From an uncultured Pelagibacteraceae bacterium (GTDB lineage Bacteria; Pseudomonadota; Alphaproteobacteria; Pelagibacterales; Pelagibacteraceae): DNA of 64,000 nucleotides. The position numbers were made by a program, and so were the translations under genes. The notes beneath the pieces were generated by a model. That model made no database searches and was not told where the DNA came from. It saw nothing but the letters and a program-made list of their open reading frames with translations. Shown here piece after piece: positions 38,468-46,651 of this stretch. Where the stretch lies: NCBI GenBank assembly GCA_902588965.1, contig CACIRD010000005.1:30899-94898 (forward strand), given 5' to 3'. How positions within the stretch are numbered: position 1 is the first letter of the stretch; every line of letters begins with the position of its first letter.

Positions 38468-41041
38468 TTAAGCAACCATACTTTCGGCTTTTTGTAAATC
38501 AACAGCAACTAGTTGACTAATACCTTTTTCTGGCATTGTAACTCCGTATAATTTATTCATTTTAGACATCGTTAGGGCATGGTGAGTTACAATTACAAAT
38601 CGAGTGCGAGTAATTTTAATAAGTTCCTCAAGCAAATTACAAAACCTAGTAACATTTGCATCATCTAATGGTGCATCCACTTCGTCTAAGACACAGATAG
38701 GGGAAGGATTTGTCAAAAAAACTGCAAAAATTAATGATAGAGCAGTCAGAGCCTGTTCTCCTCCAGAAAGCAAAGTTATAGATTGAAGTCTTTTTCCAGG
38801 AGGACTTACTAACATTTCAAGTCCTGCTTCCAGAGGATCTTCTGAGTCTACTAACTCCAACTTAGCATTACCCCCGTTAAAAAGTTTTGTATAAACTTCA
38901 TTAAATTTTCTATTAACTTTTTCAAATGCTTCCAATAACCTTTCTCTTCCCTTTTGATTAAGTTCATTAATACTTTCCTTCAATTTTACAATAGCTTGTA
39001 CAAGATCTTGTCTATCTTTTTCCATTTTTTTAATTTCAATTTCGTACTTAGTTGTTTCTTCATCTGCTCTTAGGTTTACAGATCCTAACTTATCTCTATC
39101 TCTTTTTTTTGCATCTAATAGTTCTTCTTGCGTTACTGCATCAGGAAACTCATCTTCGTTTTCTAAATTAGAAAATTCTAAAATATTATTTTCATTTAAA
39201 TTTAATTCTGTATCAATTCTTTCCAGCAAATCGTTTCTTCTTTTATTAAGACCTTCAATTGTTGCGCTGGAACTTGCTTTTCTTTCTCTAATTTCAATGG
39301 AGTTTTCTTTTGTTGAATCTAGTTCTTTTCTTAACTCTTTAATTTTTTTATCAACTTCATTAATAAGATTTTCATTTTCATTTTTTTCTTTTTCAGAAAT
39401 TCTCAAATTTTCTGAAATTTGACCTTTTCTTTCTGCCTGTGATTGAGGCTGTTTATCTAAATCTTCTAACTTAATATTTAATTTTTGTTTTCTCTCATTA
39501 AGCTCACCAATCATTTTATCTGAATTTTTTAGAAGATTTCTCCAACTATCAATCTCAGTTTCAATTGTTTTAATTCTTTCATTTCTTTTTATAGAATCTT
39601 TTTTTATATTTTGATTTTTACTATAACTGTCAGCGTATAATTCCTGGAGTTCTTTAATATTTTCATTTTTCAAATTGATGTTTGATAATTTTTTATTATC
39701 GTCATTTTCACCTATTGTTTGAACCAAAAAACCAAGCATTGTTTTGCAGCTATCTAATATATTTAACGCTTCTCTATTATTATTATTTTCAACAAGATTT
39801 ATAATTTTTTCCACATTAGATTTAATCTCATTTATTGTCTGAAGGTTTTTTTTAAGATTTTCTGAATTAAAATTTTTTAGTAAATGATCAACATTTTCTT
39901 GTTCTTCTTTAAGATTTTTTTTCGCAATATCTAGATCTTGACTCGATTGTTTTTCAGTTTGATAATACATCGAGTCTATTTCAATTAATTCTTGTTTTTC
40001 TTCTTTAAGCCTTTTTTCATTTGAATTAGCATCTATTACAATGCTTTTTTCTCTATCAATATCGTTATCAATAATTTTAAGTGAATTTTTTATATCCTCT
40101 ATTTCACTTTTAATTCTTTCATTTTCTTCGTCTAAATTTTTTAACTCTAGGTTAAGTCTTTGAATTTTAGATAGGTTTTCAATATTTTTATCTCTAATAG
40201 GATTTACTTTGTTAGTCTCATCGCTAATTTTTTTTTCAATTACTTCTAGTTTGTCATTAAAACTTTTGACCTCGTTATCAGCTTCATTATTGATTTCGTT
40301 CTCTAATTTAATTTCTTGATCAATATCTTTTAGTCTTAAATAGTATAGACCAGCTTCAATTTTTTTTATTTCCTCAGAAATTAATTTATATTTTGTTGCC
40401 TCTTCAGCTTGTTTTTGAAGACTCAATAGTTGTTTTTCTTGTTGTCTTCTAAGCTCATCAGCTCTCTTCAAATTATTTTCTGCTGCATCCAATCTTAACT
40501 CAGCTTCATGTCTTCTAACATGAAGCCCTGCAATTCCAGCAGCTTCCTCAAGTACCGCTCTTCTATCTGTTGGTTTAGCTGTAACAAGTGCACCTATTCT
40601 TCCTTGGCTTATTATAGATGGCGAGTGCGCACCGGTAGATAAATCTGCAAAAAACATTTGAGCATCTTTTGCTCTAACTTCTTTATCATTGATATAAAAT
40701 TTAGATCCTTTATCTTTTTCTATTTTACGCCTTATCTCTATGTTGTCTAAATTTTTATATTGAATAGGACCATCTTTTTTTTCATTAGAAATACTTATAG
40801 ATACTTCTGCAATATTTTTAGATGGCTTATTCGAGGTTCCAGAAAAAATTACATCTTCCATACCTGAGCCCCTCATACTCTTTGCAGATGTTTCTCCCAT
40901 ACACCACTTCAGAGACTCTACAATGTTAGATTTTCCACAACCATTAGGACCCACAACTCCCGTCAGGCCTTCATCTATTATAAAGGTTGTTTTTTCAGCA
41001 AATGATTTAAAACCATTTAGCTGGATTTTTTTAAACTCCAT
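38468..41041 (-). CDS. smc: Chromosome partition protein SMC, short form (857 aa) with no recognisable hinge
   Basis: N-head MEFKKIQLNGFKSFAEKTTFIIDEGLTGVVGPNGCGKSNIVESLKWCMGE (Walker A). C-head LSGGEQALTALSLIFAVFL (signature) and ICVLDEVDAPLDDANV (Walker B). The region between them is almost entirely K/E/N/I-rich coiled coil. Confidence 0.9.
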   Translation of the reverse strand: MEFKKIQLNGFKSFAEKTTFIIDEGLTGVVGPNGCGKSNIVESLKWCMGETSAKSMRGSGMEDVIFSGTSNKPSKNIAEVSISISNEKKDGPIQYKNLDNIEIRRKIEKDKGSKFYINDKEVRAKDAQMFFADLSTGAHSPSIISQGRIGALVTAKPTDRRAVLEEAAGIAGLHVRRHEAELRLDAAENNLKRADELRRQQEKQLLSLQKQAEEATKYKLISEEIKKIEAGLYYLRLKDIDQEIKLENEINNEADNEVKSFNDKLEVIEKKISDETNKVNPIRDKNIENLSKIQRLNLELKNLDEENERIKSEIEDIKNSLKIIDNDIDREKSIVIDANSNEKRLKEEKQELIEIDSMYYQTEKQSSQDLDIAKKNLKEEQENVDHLLKNFNSENLKKNLQTINEIKSNVEKIINLVENNNNREALNILDSCKTMLGFLVQTIGENDDNKKLSNINLKNENIKELQELYADSYSKNQNIKKDSIKRNERIKTIETEIDSWRNLLKNSDKMIGELNERKQKLNIKLEDLDKQPQSQAERKGQISENLRISEKEKNENENLINEVDKKIKELRKELDSTKENSIEIRERKASSSATIEGLNKRRNDLLERIDTELNLNENNILEFSNLENEDEFPDAVTQEELLDAKKRDRDKLGSVNLRADEETTKYEIEIKKMEKDRQDLVQAIVKLKESINELNQKGRERLLEAFEKVNRKFNEVYTKLFNGGNAKLELVDSEDPLEAGLEMLVSPPGKRLQSITLLSGGEQALTALSLIFAVFLTNPSPICVLDEVDAPLDDANVTRFCNLLEELIKITRTRFVIVTHHALTMSKMNKLYGVTMPEKGISQLVAVDLQKAESMVA

Positions 41042-41048
41042 TCTTAAA

Positions 41049-41627
41049 CTATACCAGTTTTTCTAAGAATTTTTTTAAATTTTTAAATGTTAAAGGTTTT
41101 TCAAACTTTTCTTCATTAATTATAATCGTAGGAGTAGCATTTACCTTGTATTTTTTTATACCTTCGACTCGATCCTCTAGTACATAATCTTCTATATTTT
41201 TGTTATTGATACATTTATCAAAATCAAGACCCAAATTTTGGTCATTTATAATATTTTTTAAATTTAAATTTAATTCCTCAATTGTATTTCCTTTTATCCA
41301 ATTGTTTTGTTCCTTATATAACAAATGTAATATTTGAGATTTTCCATCATTTTTACAATGAGCCAGTTTTGAGGCATTTAGGGCAGCCAAATCTAATGGG
41401 AAACTTTTGAATTCTATATATGCCAATCCAGTATCAATGTAATTTTCTTTTAACTGGGGATAAACATTTTTATGAAAATCAGCACAATGCCCACATGTAA
41501 GGGATTCGTAAACAATAATTTTAATTTTTGCTTTTTTATTACCTTCAAATATTGGTTTTACTAATATATCTGACTTTACAGGAACGAATATAAATAATGT
41601 AAATATTAATAAAGTTAATTTTTTCAT
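41049..41627 (-). CDS. DsbA-family thiol:disulfide oxidoreductase, periplasmic
   Basis: Signal peptide and SLTCGHCADFH (CxxC). Confidence 0.8.
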   Translation of the reverse strand: MKKLTLLIFTLFIFVPVKSDILVKPIFEGNKKAKIKIIVYESLTCGHCADFHKNVYPQLKENYIDTGLAYIEFKSFPLDLAALNASKLAHCKNDGKSQILHLLYKEQNNWIKGNTIEELNLNLKNIINDQNLGLDFDKCINNKNIEDYVLEDRVEGIKKYKVNATPTIIINEEKFEKPLTFKNLKKFLEKLV

Positions 41628-42106
41628 TTTTTTTTAAAGTTTTTACTTAACTCTAAAAGAGAGTTTTTAATCTTATCATTTTTTATTTTAGATATTTTTT
41701 CTAAATAATGACTTTTTGTCACACTTTTTTTTTCTATTTTAGTAAATTTTTTTTGATCTCCTTCAAAAGTAATTAATTTTATTTTTCCTACTACATTACG
41801 ACCAAAATAATTATTCATTTTTTGAATAATATGATTTTTTGAATACTCCATATCAACCTCATGACCTCTTTTGACCATAACATTTAATATGTTGGTATTT
41901 AATTTATTTTCACTCTTGTACGATTTCGGATAGCAAACCTTAAAAAGTTCATCACCAACTATAAACCTCCAGTTGTCTAATGTTTCGGAGAATATATGGC
42001 CTCTTTTTTTTAAAATTTTTCTTACCTTTGTTGGCAAAGTGTCTTTAAAAGATCTTAACCCTTGAATGGATCTATATCTCTGCTTAAAATTAGATTTAAA
42101 TTGCAT
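41624..42106 (-). CDS. DUF721 domain protein
   Basis: LDNWRFIVGDELFKVCYP and NVMVKRGHEVDMEYS fit the DUF721 pattern, and the mutY neighbourhood is conserved in alphaproteobacteria. The ATG is at 42104-42106; the ORF-track start at 42118 is TTG. Confidence 0.6.
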   Translation of the reverse strand: MQFKSNFKQRYRSIQGLRSFKDTLPTKVRKILKKRGHIFSETLDNWRFIVGDELFKVCYPKSYKSENKLNTNILNVMVKRGHEVDMEYSKNHIIQKMNNYFGRNVVGKIKLITFEGDQKKFTKIEKKSVTKSHYLEKISKIKNDKIKNSLLELSKNFKKK

Positions 42107-43096
42107 ATGAATAAACAAAATATATCAAAAAAAATTCTACATTGGTACGATAATAATAAAAGAATATTACCTTGGAGAAAGCCAGTTTCAAAAAAACAGA
42201 AACAATATTTTACTTTAGTAAGTGAATTTATGTTACAACAAACACAAGTTAAAACTGTTATACCCTATTTTAATAACTTTATAAAAAAAATTCCTAATAT
42301 GCATTCACTTGCAACAGTAAGTGATAATAAATTAATGGGTTGTTGGGAAGGGTTAGGTTACTACTCTAGAGCGAGAAACTTAAAAAAAACTTCACAAAAA
42401 GTTATCTCTGACTTTGATGGTAATTTACCTAACAACTTAGAAGATCTTAAAACTTTACCTGGAATAGGAGAATATACTGCTAGTGCGATAATGGCTATTG
42501 CTTTTAATAAACCAATTATACCTTTGGATGGAAATGTAGAGAGAATTTTAAAAAGGATTTTCTATCTAAAAAAAGATTGGGAAGCAACTAAAGAAAACTT
42601 AAATGTGAAAAAAGATTTTTTTGGTTACTCAAATAGATCAAGCGATTATGCACAAGCAATTATGGAAATCGGTGCTTTAATTTGTAAACCTAAATTACCT
42701 ATTTGTAAAATGTGCCCTATTTCCAAATCATGTTCTTCACTAAAAAAGAAAGATTTTGAGTTAAAATCAAAAAATAAATTTAATAAGATAAAGTATTTTG
42801 AAGCTGACATTTTTAAAGAAAAAAATAAATATTTATTAATTAAAAATAAAAAATTTAATTTTTTAAAAAACTTATTAATTTTTCCAATGAGAGAAATAAA
42901 TAAAAAGAAATTTAAATCTTCTTTAAATAAAAGAATTAACATTAAAATATCTAATATGGATATGAGGATTACAATTAATGAAAAAAATAAAAAAAAATTT
43001 TTAAGCAATAGTCTTTTATTAGATAAAGACGATATTAAAAATCATATTCTCCCAACATTTACTAAAAAAATTTTTAAATCAATTGTAAGATATTAA
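42107..43096 (+). CDS. mutY: A/G-specific adenine DNA glycosylase
   Basis: ILHWYDNNKRILPWR, HhH-GPD LPGIGEYTASAIMAIAF, Fe-S cluster loop CKPKLPICKMCPISKSC and a C-terminal NUDIX-like domain. The ATG at 42107 fits MutY N-termini better than 42062. Confidence 0.88.
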   Translation: MNKQNISKKILHWYDNNKRILPWRKPVSKKQKQYFTLVSEFMLQQTQVKTVIPYFNNFIKKIPNMHSLATVSDNKLMGCWEGLGYYSRARNLKKTSQKVISDFDGNLPNNLEDLKTLPGIGEYTASAIMAIAFNKPIIPLDGNVERILKRIFYLKKDWEATKENLNVKKDFFGYSNRSSDYAQAIMEIGALICKPKLPICKMCPISKSCSSLKKKDFELKSKNKFNKIKYFEADIFKEKNKYLLIKNKKFNFLKNLLIFPMREINKKKFKSSLNKRINIKISNMDMRITINEKNKKKFLSNSLLLDKDDIKNHILPTFTKKIFKSIVRY

Positions 43097-44229
43097 TGAA
43101 AAAAATTGCAATAATTGGTGCGGGAATTTCAGGTTTGTTTCTTGCCAATCTTCTAGAGCAAGATAAATCATACTCATATAAAATTTTTGAAAAAAAAACT
43201 TCATTAGATTTAAGCGATGGATATGGAATACAGCTGTCGGTGAATAGTATTACTTTATTGAATAAAATAGGTTTTCAAAAAATAAATGCACACGATATTT
43301 GTTTTCCAAAAAAAGTAAATTTTTTTGATGCCAAAAATTCAAAAAAAATATGTGATATTGATTTGTCTCAATTTAATAATGAAAGCATTCGATATACAAC
43401 ATTAAAACGATCAAAACTTATAGAATTTCTTTTAAAAAATATTCCTTCAAATAAGCTAGTTTTTAATTCTGATCTTATTGATATTAAACATCAAGCCAAG
43501 TTATCATTACAGTTAAGAGATAAAATGAATGAGGAGTTTGATTATATAGTAGCTGCAGATGGGGTTTACTCAAGAACTAAACAAATTTTGTTTAAAAAAG
43601 AAGGTCTTCCAAAATATTTTAACTCAATTGCTTTAAGAGGAAATATCAATAAATTCGAAAATTTTGATATTTCATTATATTTAGGACCAAATTTTCACTT
43701 CGTAATTTATCCAATCAACCAAAAAGAAGAATTTAATTTTATCTCTATTATTAGAAAAGAATTAGTTGAAGAGGAAATCTCAAATAAAAATTTATTTAAT
43801 GATGACACCTTTGCAAATAATTTATTAAATCAAATTTCCTCAAAATCAAAAGTAAATTTAAATAAATATGTTGAAAAAATTAAATGTTTCCCAATTTTTG
43901 TAAGTGAAAAATTTCACGTACCCGAGTCAAAAAATATATTTTTAACTGGCGATGCACTTTATTCACTTCCACCATCATTCGCACAAGGCGCATCACAATC
44001 AATAGAAGCTGCAAATGAACTCTTTAATGAGTTAAAAAATAATCCTTCAAACTACTATAAAAAAAGGATTTTGAAGATTAAGCAAATAAAATTCAGATCT
44101 TCAATCAATCACTTTGCTTTTCATCTTTCAAATCCATTAAATATTTTTTTTAGAAATACTTTTTTAAAATATCTGTCTAGAAATAAAAAGTTTTTAGAAA
44201 ATTATTTAGGTAAAATTTATAATAGTTAA
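43096..44229 (+). CDS. FAD-dependent monooxygenase (salicylate hydroxylase/UbiH-like)
   Basis: IAIIGAGISGLFLA and GDALYSLPPSFAQGASQSIE motifs. Confidence 0.8.
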   Translation: MKKIAIIGAGISGLFLANLLEQDKSYSYKIFEKKTSLDLSDGYGIQLSVNSITLLNKIGFQKINAHDICFPKKVNFFDAKNSKKICDIDLSQFNNESIRYTTLKRSKLIEFLLKNIPSNKLVFNSDLIDIKHQAKLSLQLRDKMNEEFDYIVAADGVYSRTKQILFKKEGLPKYFNSIALRGNINKFENFDISLYLGPNFHFVIYPINQKEEFNFISIIRKELVEEEISNKNLFNDDTFANNLLNQISSKSKVNLNKYVEKIKCFPIFVSEKFHVPESKNIFLTGDALYSLPPSFAQGASQSIEAANELFNELKNNPSNYYKKRILKIKQIKFRSSINHFAFHLSNPLNIFFRNTFLKYLSRNKKFLENYLGKIYNS

Positions 44230-45299
44230 TTTTTAGGTCTTAAACGTTGTCTAAGCTCATCGATTGGTTTTAGGGTATTTCCTGACTGATAATACCAGTA
44301 TGTCCAGCCATTACAACTTTCAGAACCCAATATTTGAGCTGCTACTTTATGAATTGATCCTTCATTTTGCTTACATTTTATACTTCCATCTATCATAACC
44401 TTTGCATAAATTTTTTTTTTTTGATCATAGATTTCTGTACCTGGTTTTATTACTCCTAGTTCAATTAATGAACCAAATGGAATTCTAGGTTTAGACCTGT
44501 TATTTTTTATTGTATCTAAATATTCATCTTTAATTATATTTGCATTTTTAATTCTTTTATTGGCAGCTTCAAAATAAACTTTTTCTTTTTCTATCCCAAA
44601 ATAAGACCTGCCTAATTTTTTTGAAACTACTGCTGTTGTTCCCGATCCTAAAAAAGGATCTAGTACAAAATCACCTTTGTTTGAAGATGCTAGTATAATT
44701 CTATGAAGTAAAGATTCTGGTTTTTGTGTTGAGTGAACTTTTTTACCATTATTCTTTAATCTTTCTTTTCCATTACATATTGGGAAGTTCCAAGTTGACC
44801 TCATTTGTAAATCATCATTAAAAGATTTCATTGATTGGTAATTAAATGTATATTTCGATTTTTTATTTTTAGATGCCCAAATTAATGTTTCATGTGCATT
44901 AGTAAATCTGGTACCTCTGAAGTTTGGCATTGGGTTATTTTTATTCCAAATTACATCATTCAGAATCCAAAAGCCTAAATCTTGAATTATTTTGCCTACT
45001 CTAAATATATTGTGATAACTTCCGATTACCCAGATAGATCCATTTTTTTTTAATACTCTTCTACATTGAATTAACCATTCGTTTGTAAATTTATCGTATG
45101 TTTGAAAATTTTCAAATTGATCCCATTTGTCATTTACCGGATTAACTCTTGATCTATCCGGCCTGACTAAATTATTCTGTAATTGTAAATTGTAAGGTGG
45201 ATCTGCAAAAACTGTATCAAATGTCTCATCAGGAATTTTTTTTAATTCTTCAAGACTATCACCGTTGATAATTTTGTTATGTAAATTTTTAGTTATCAT
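44226..45299 (-). CDS. ccrM: Site-specific DNA adenine methyltransferase, CcrM family (GANTC)
   Basis: FADPPYNLQL (DPPY) near the N-terminus, LDPFLGSGTTAVV (SAM motif) later (beta-class order), and a CcrM-type C-terminal extension. The ATG at 45297-45299 matches the length of Caulobacter-type CcrM N-termini. Confidence 0.9.
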   Translation of the reverse strand: MITKNLHNKIINGDSLEELKKIPDETFDTVFADPPYNLQLQNNLVRPDRSRVNPVNDKWDQFENFQTYDKFTNEWLIQCRRVLKKNGSIWVIGSYHNIFRVGKIIQDLGFWILNDVIWNKNNPMPNFRGTRFTNAHETLIWASKNKKSKYTFNYQSMKSFNDDLQMRSTWNFPICNGKERLKNNGKKVHSTQKPESLLHRIILASSNKGDFVLDPFLGSGTTAVVSKKLGRSYFGIEKEKVYFEAANKRIKNANIIKDEYLDTIKNNRSKPRIPFGSLIELGVIKPGTEIYDQKKKIYAKVMIDGSIKCKQNEGSIHKVAAQILGSESCNGWTYWYYQSGNTLKPIDELRQRLRPKN

Positions 45300-45312
45300 T
45301 TTTAAAAAAACA

Positions 45313-45341
45313 ATTAGACTCCAGGGTAGATTCCACGTCAA
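45313..45341 (-). promoter_or_regulatory. Candidate sigma-70 promoter of ccrM with an overlapping GANTC site
   Basis: The minus strand reads TTGACG-(17 nt)-TCTAAT, ending 13 nt before the ccrM ATG. GAGTC (plus strand 45317-45321) overlaps the -10 hexamer. Confidence 0.3.
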
Positions 45342-45380
45342 CCAGAGATTGAAAAAAATATGAGCTTTTTGTTGTAAGAT

Positions 45381-45953
45381 TTATTTATGACTCAATATAT
45401 TGTGTATAGGACTGAAAGTTTTTCTATGGTGCTTTGTTATACCAAATTTCTTAATTGCCTTTAAATGAAATTTAGTTCCATAGCCTGCATTTTTATCCCA
45501 AGAATATTTAGTAAATTTTTTAGACATTTTTGTAATAATTCTATCTCTAGCGACCTTAGCGATAATTGATGCAGCAGATATCTCCGGTATTTTTTCGTCC
45601 CCTTTAATAACACATATTAAATTATAATTTTTTATTTTTGGAATTTTATTTCCATCAATAAATACTTGAGAGGGTTTTTTATTTAATTTTTTAATTGCTC
45701 TTTTCATAGCCAACAAACTTGCATTTAAAATATTCAATTTTTCTATTTCTTTCAAAGATGCAGAACCGATAGACCAAGAAGAATTTTTTTTAATATATTT
45801 TTCTAATATTTCACGACTTTTTTTTGTTAATTTTTTTGAGTCTTTTAATTTTTTTTTATCTAACTTTTTTTTTAAAATAACTGCTGCAGCGTATACTGGT
45901 CCAACAAGACTACCTCTACCTACCTCATCAACTCCAGCAATAATACTCCTCAT
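45381..45953 (-). CDS. rnhB: Ribonuclease HII
   Basis: IAGVDEVGRGSLVGPV, DSKKLT and a C-terminal GYG..H region. Confidence 0.93.
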   Translation of the reverse strand: MRSIIAGVDEVGRGSLVGPVYAAAVILKKKLDKKKLKDSKKLTKKSREILEKYIKKNSSWSIGSASLKEIEKLNILNASLLAMKRAIKKLNKKPSQVFIDGNKIPKIKNYNLICVIKGDEKIPEISAASIIAKVARDRIITKMSKKFTKYSWDKNAGYGTKFHLKAIKKFGITKHHRKTFSPIHNILSHK

Positions 45954-45954
45954 T

Positions 45955-46644
45955 TCATATTTTCAATTTAAGTTCATCAATTTTTTTTCTTATTTTTTTT
46001 AAATCTATCCATGAATACTTTTTTTGATCAGCTTGTCTCAGTAAATATGCAGGATGAAAAGTTGTTATTGCAAGATAGGTTTTATTATAAATGATTACTT
46101 CTTTCCACACTCCTCTTTCTTTTGAAATTTTAATTTTATATCCAAATAATGATTCCATCGCTGTACTTCCCATTAATATTATTATTTTTGGATCAATAAT
46201 TGATATATGTTCTCTTAAAAATTCAGAATATCTATTGATTTCTGATTGCTCAGGTTTTCTATTATTAGGGGGTCTGTAGTTAACAACATTAGTTATATAA
46301 ACATTTTCTCTATTTAAATTTATTGACACAAGCATTTTATTTAGTAGTTGTCCAGCATCACCAACAAAGGGCTTTCCTTGCTCATCTTCCTTTTGTCCTG
46401 GTCCTTCTCCAATAATCATTACGGGACTTTTATAACTGCCGTCACTAAATACTATTTTTTTAGAATTTTTTTTTAATTCACAGTTTTTAATGTTAATTAT
46501 TTTTTTTTTTAATAATTCTAGTTTTTCTTTATTATCTTCGATATTGATAGTTTTTTTATAGCGGTTTATTGGCGCTTTGCTAAAATTATAAACAGATTCT
46601 ATTGATTTTAAAATCTCTTGATCTAATATTTCTTTTTTATTCAT
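45955..46644 (-). CDS. Uracil-DNA glycosylase, family 4
   Basis: GEGPGQKEDEQGKPFVGDAGQLL and HPAYLLR. The ATG is at 46642-46644; the ORF-track start at 46731 overlaps the divergent TPR gene. Confidence 0.85.
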   Translation of the reverse strand: MNKKEILDQEILKSIESVYNFSKAPINRYKKTINIEDNKEKLELLKKKIINIKNCELKKNSKKIVFSDGSYKSPVMIIGEGPGQKEDEQGKPFVGDAGQLLNKMLVSINLNRENVYITNVVNYRPPNNRKPEQSEINRYSEFLREHISIIDPKIIILMGSTAMESLFGYKIKISKERGVWKEVIIYNKTYLAITTFHPAYLLRQADQKKYSWIDLKKIRKKIDELKLKI

Positions 46645-46651
46645 ATTAAAA

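Noticed and set aside
44411-44422. A 12-nt homopolymer (T12 on the plus strand, A12 in the ccrM reading frame) as a possible slippage or phase-variation tract. Similar A/T runs occur in many genes.
   Set aside because: It encodes a Lys run (QKKKI) in a very AT-rich genome where such tracts are ubiquitous. There is no evidence of frame disruption, and the ORF is intact.
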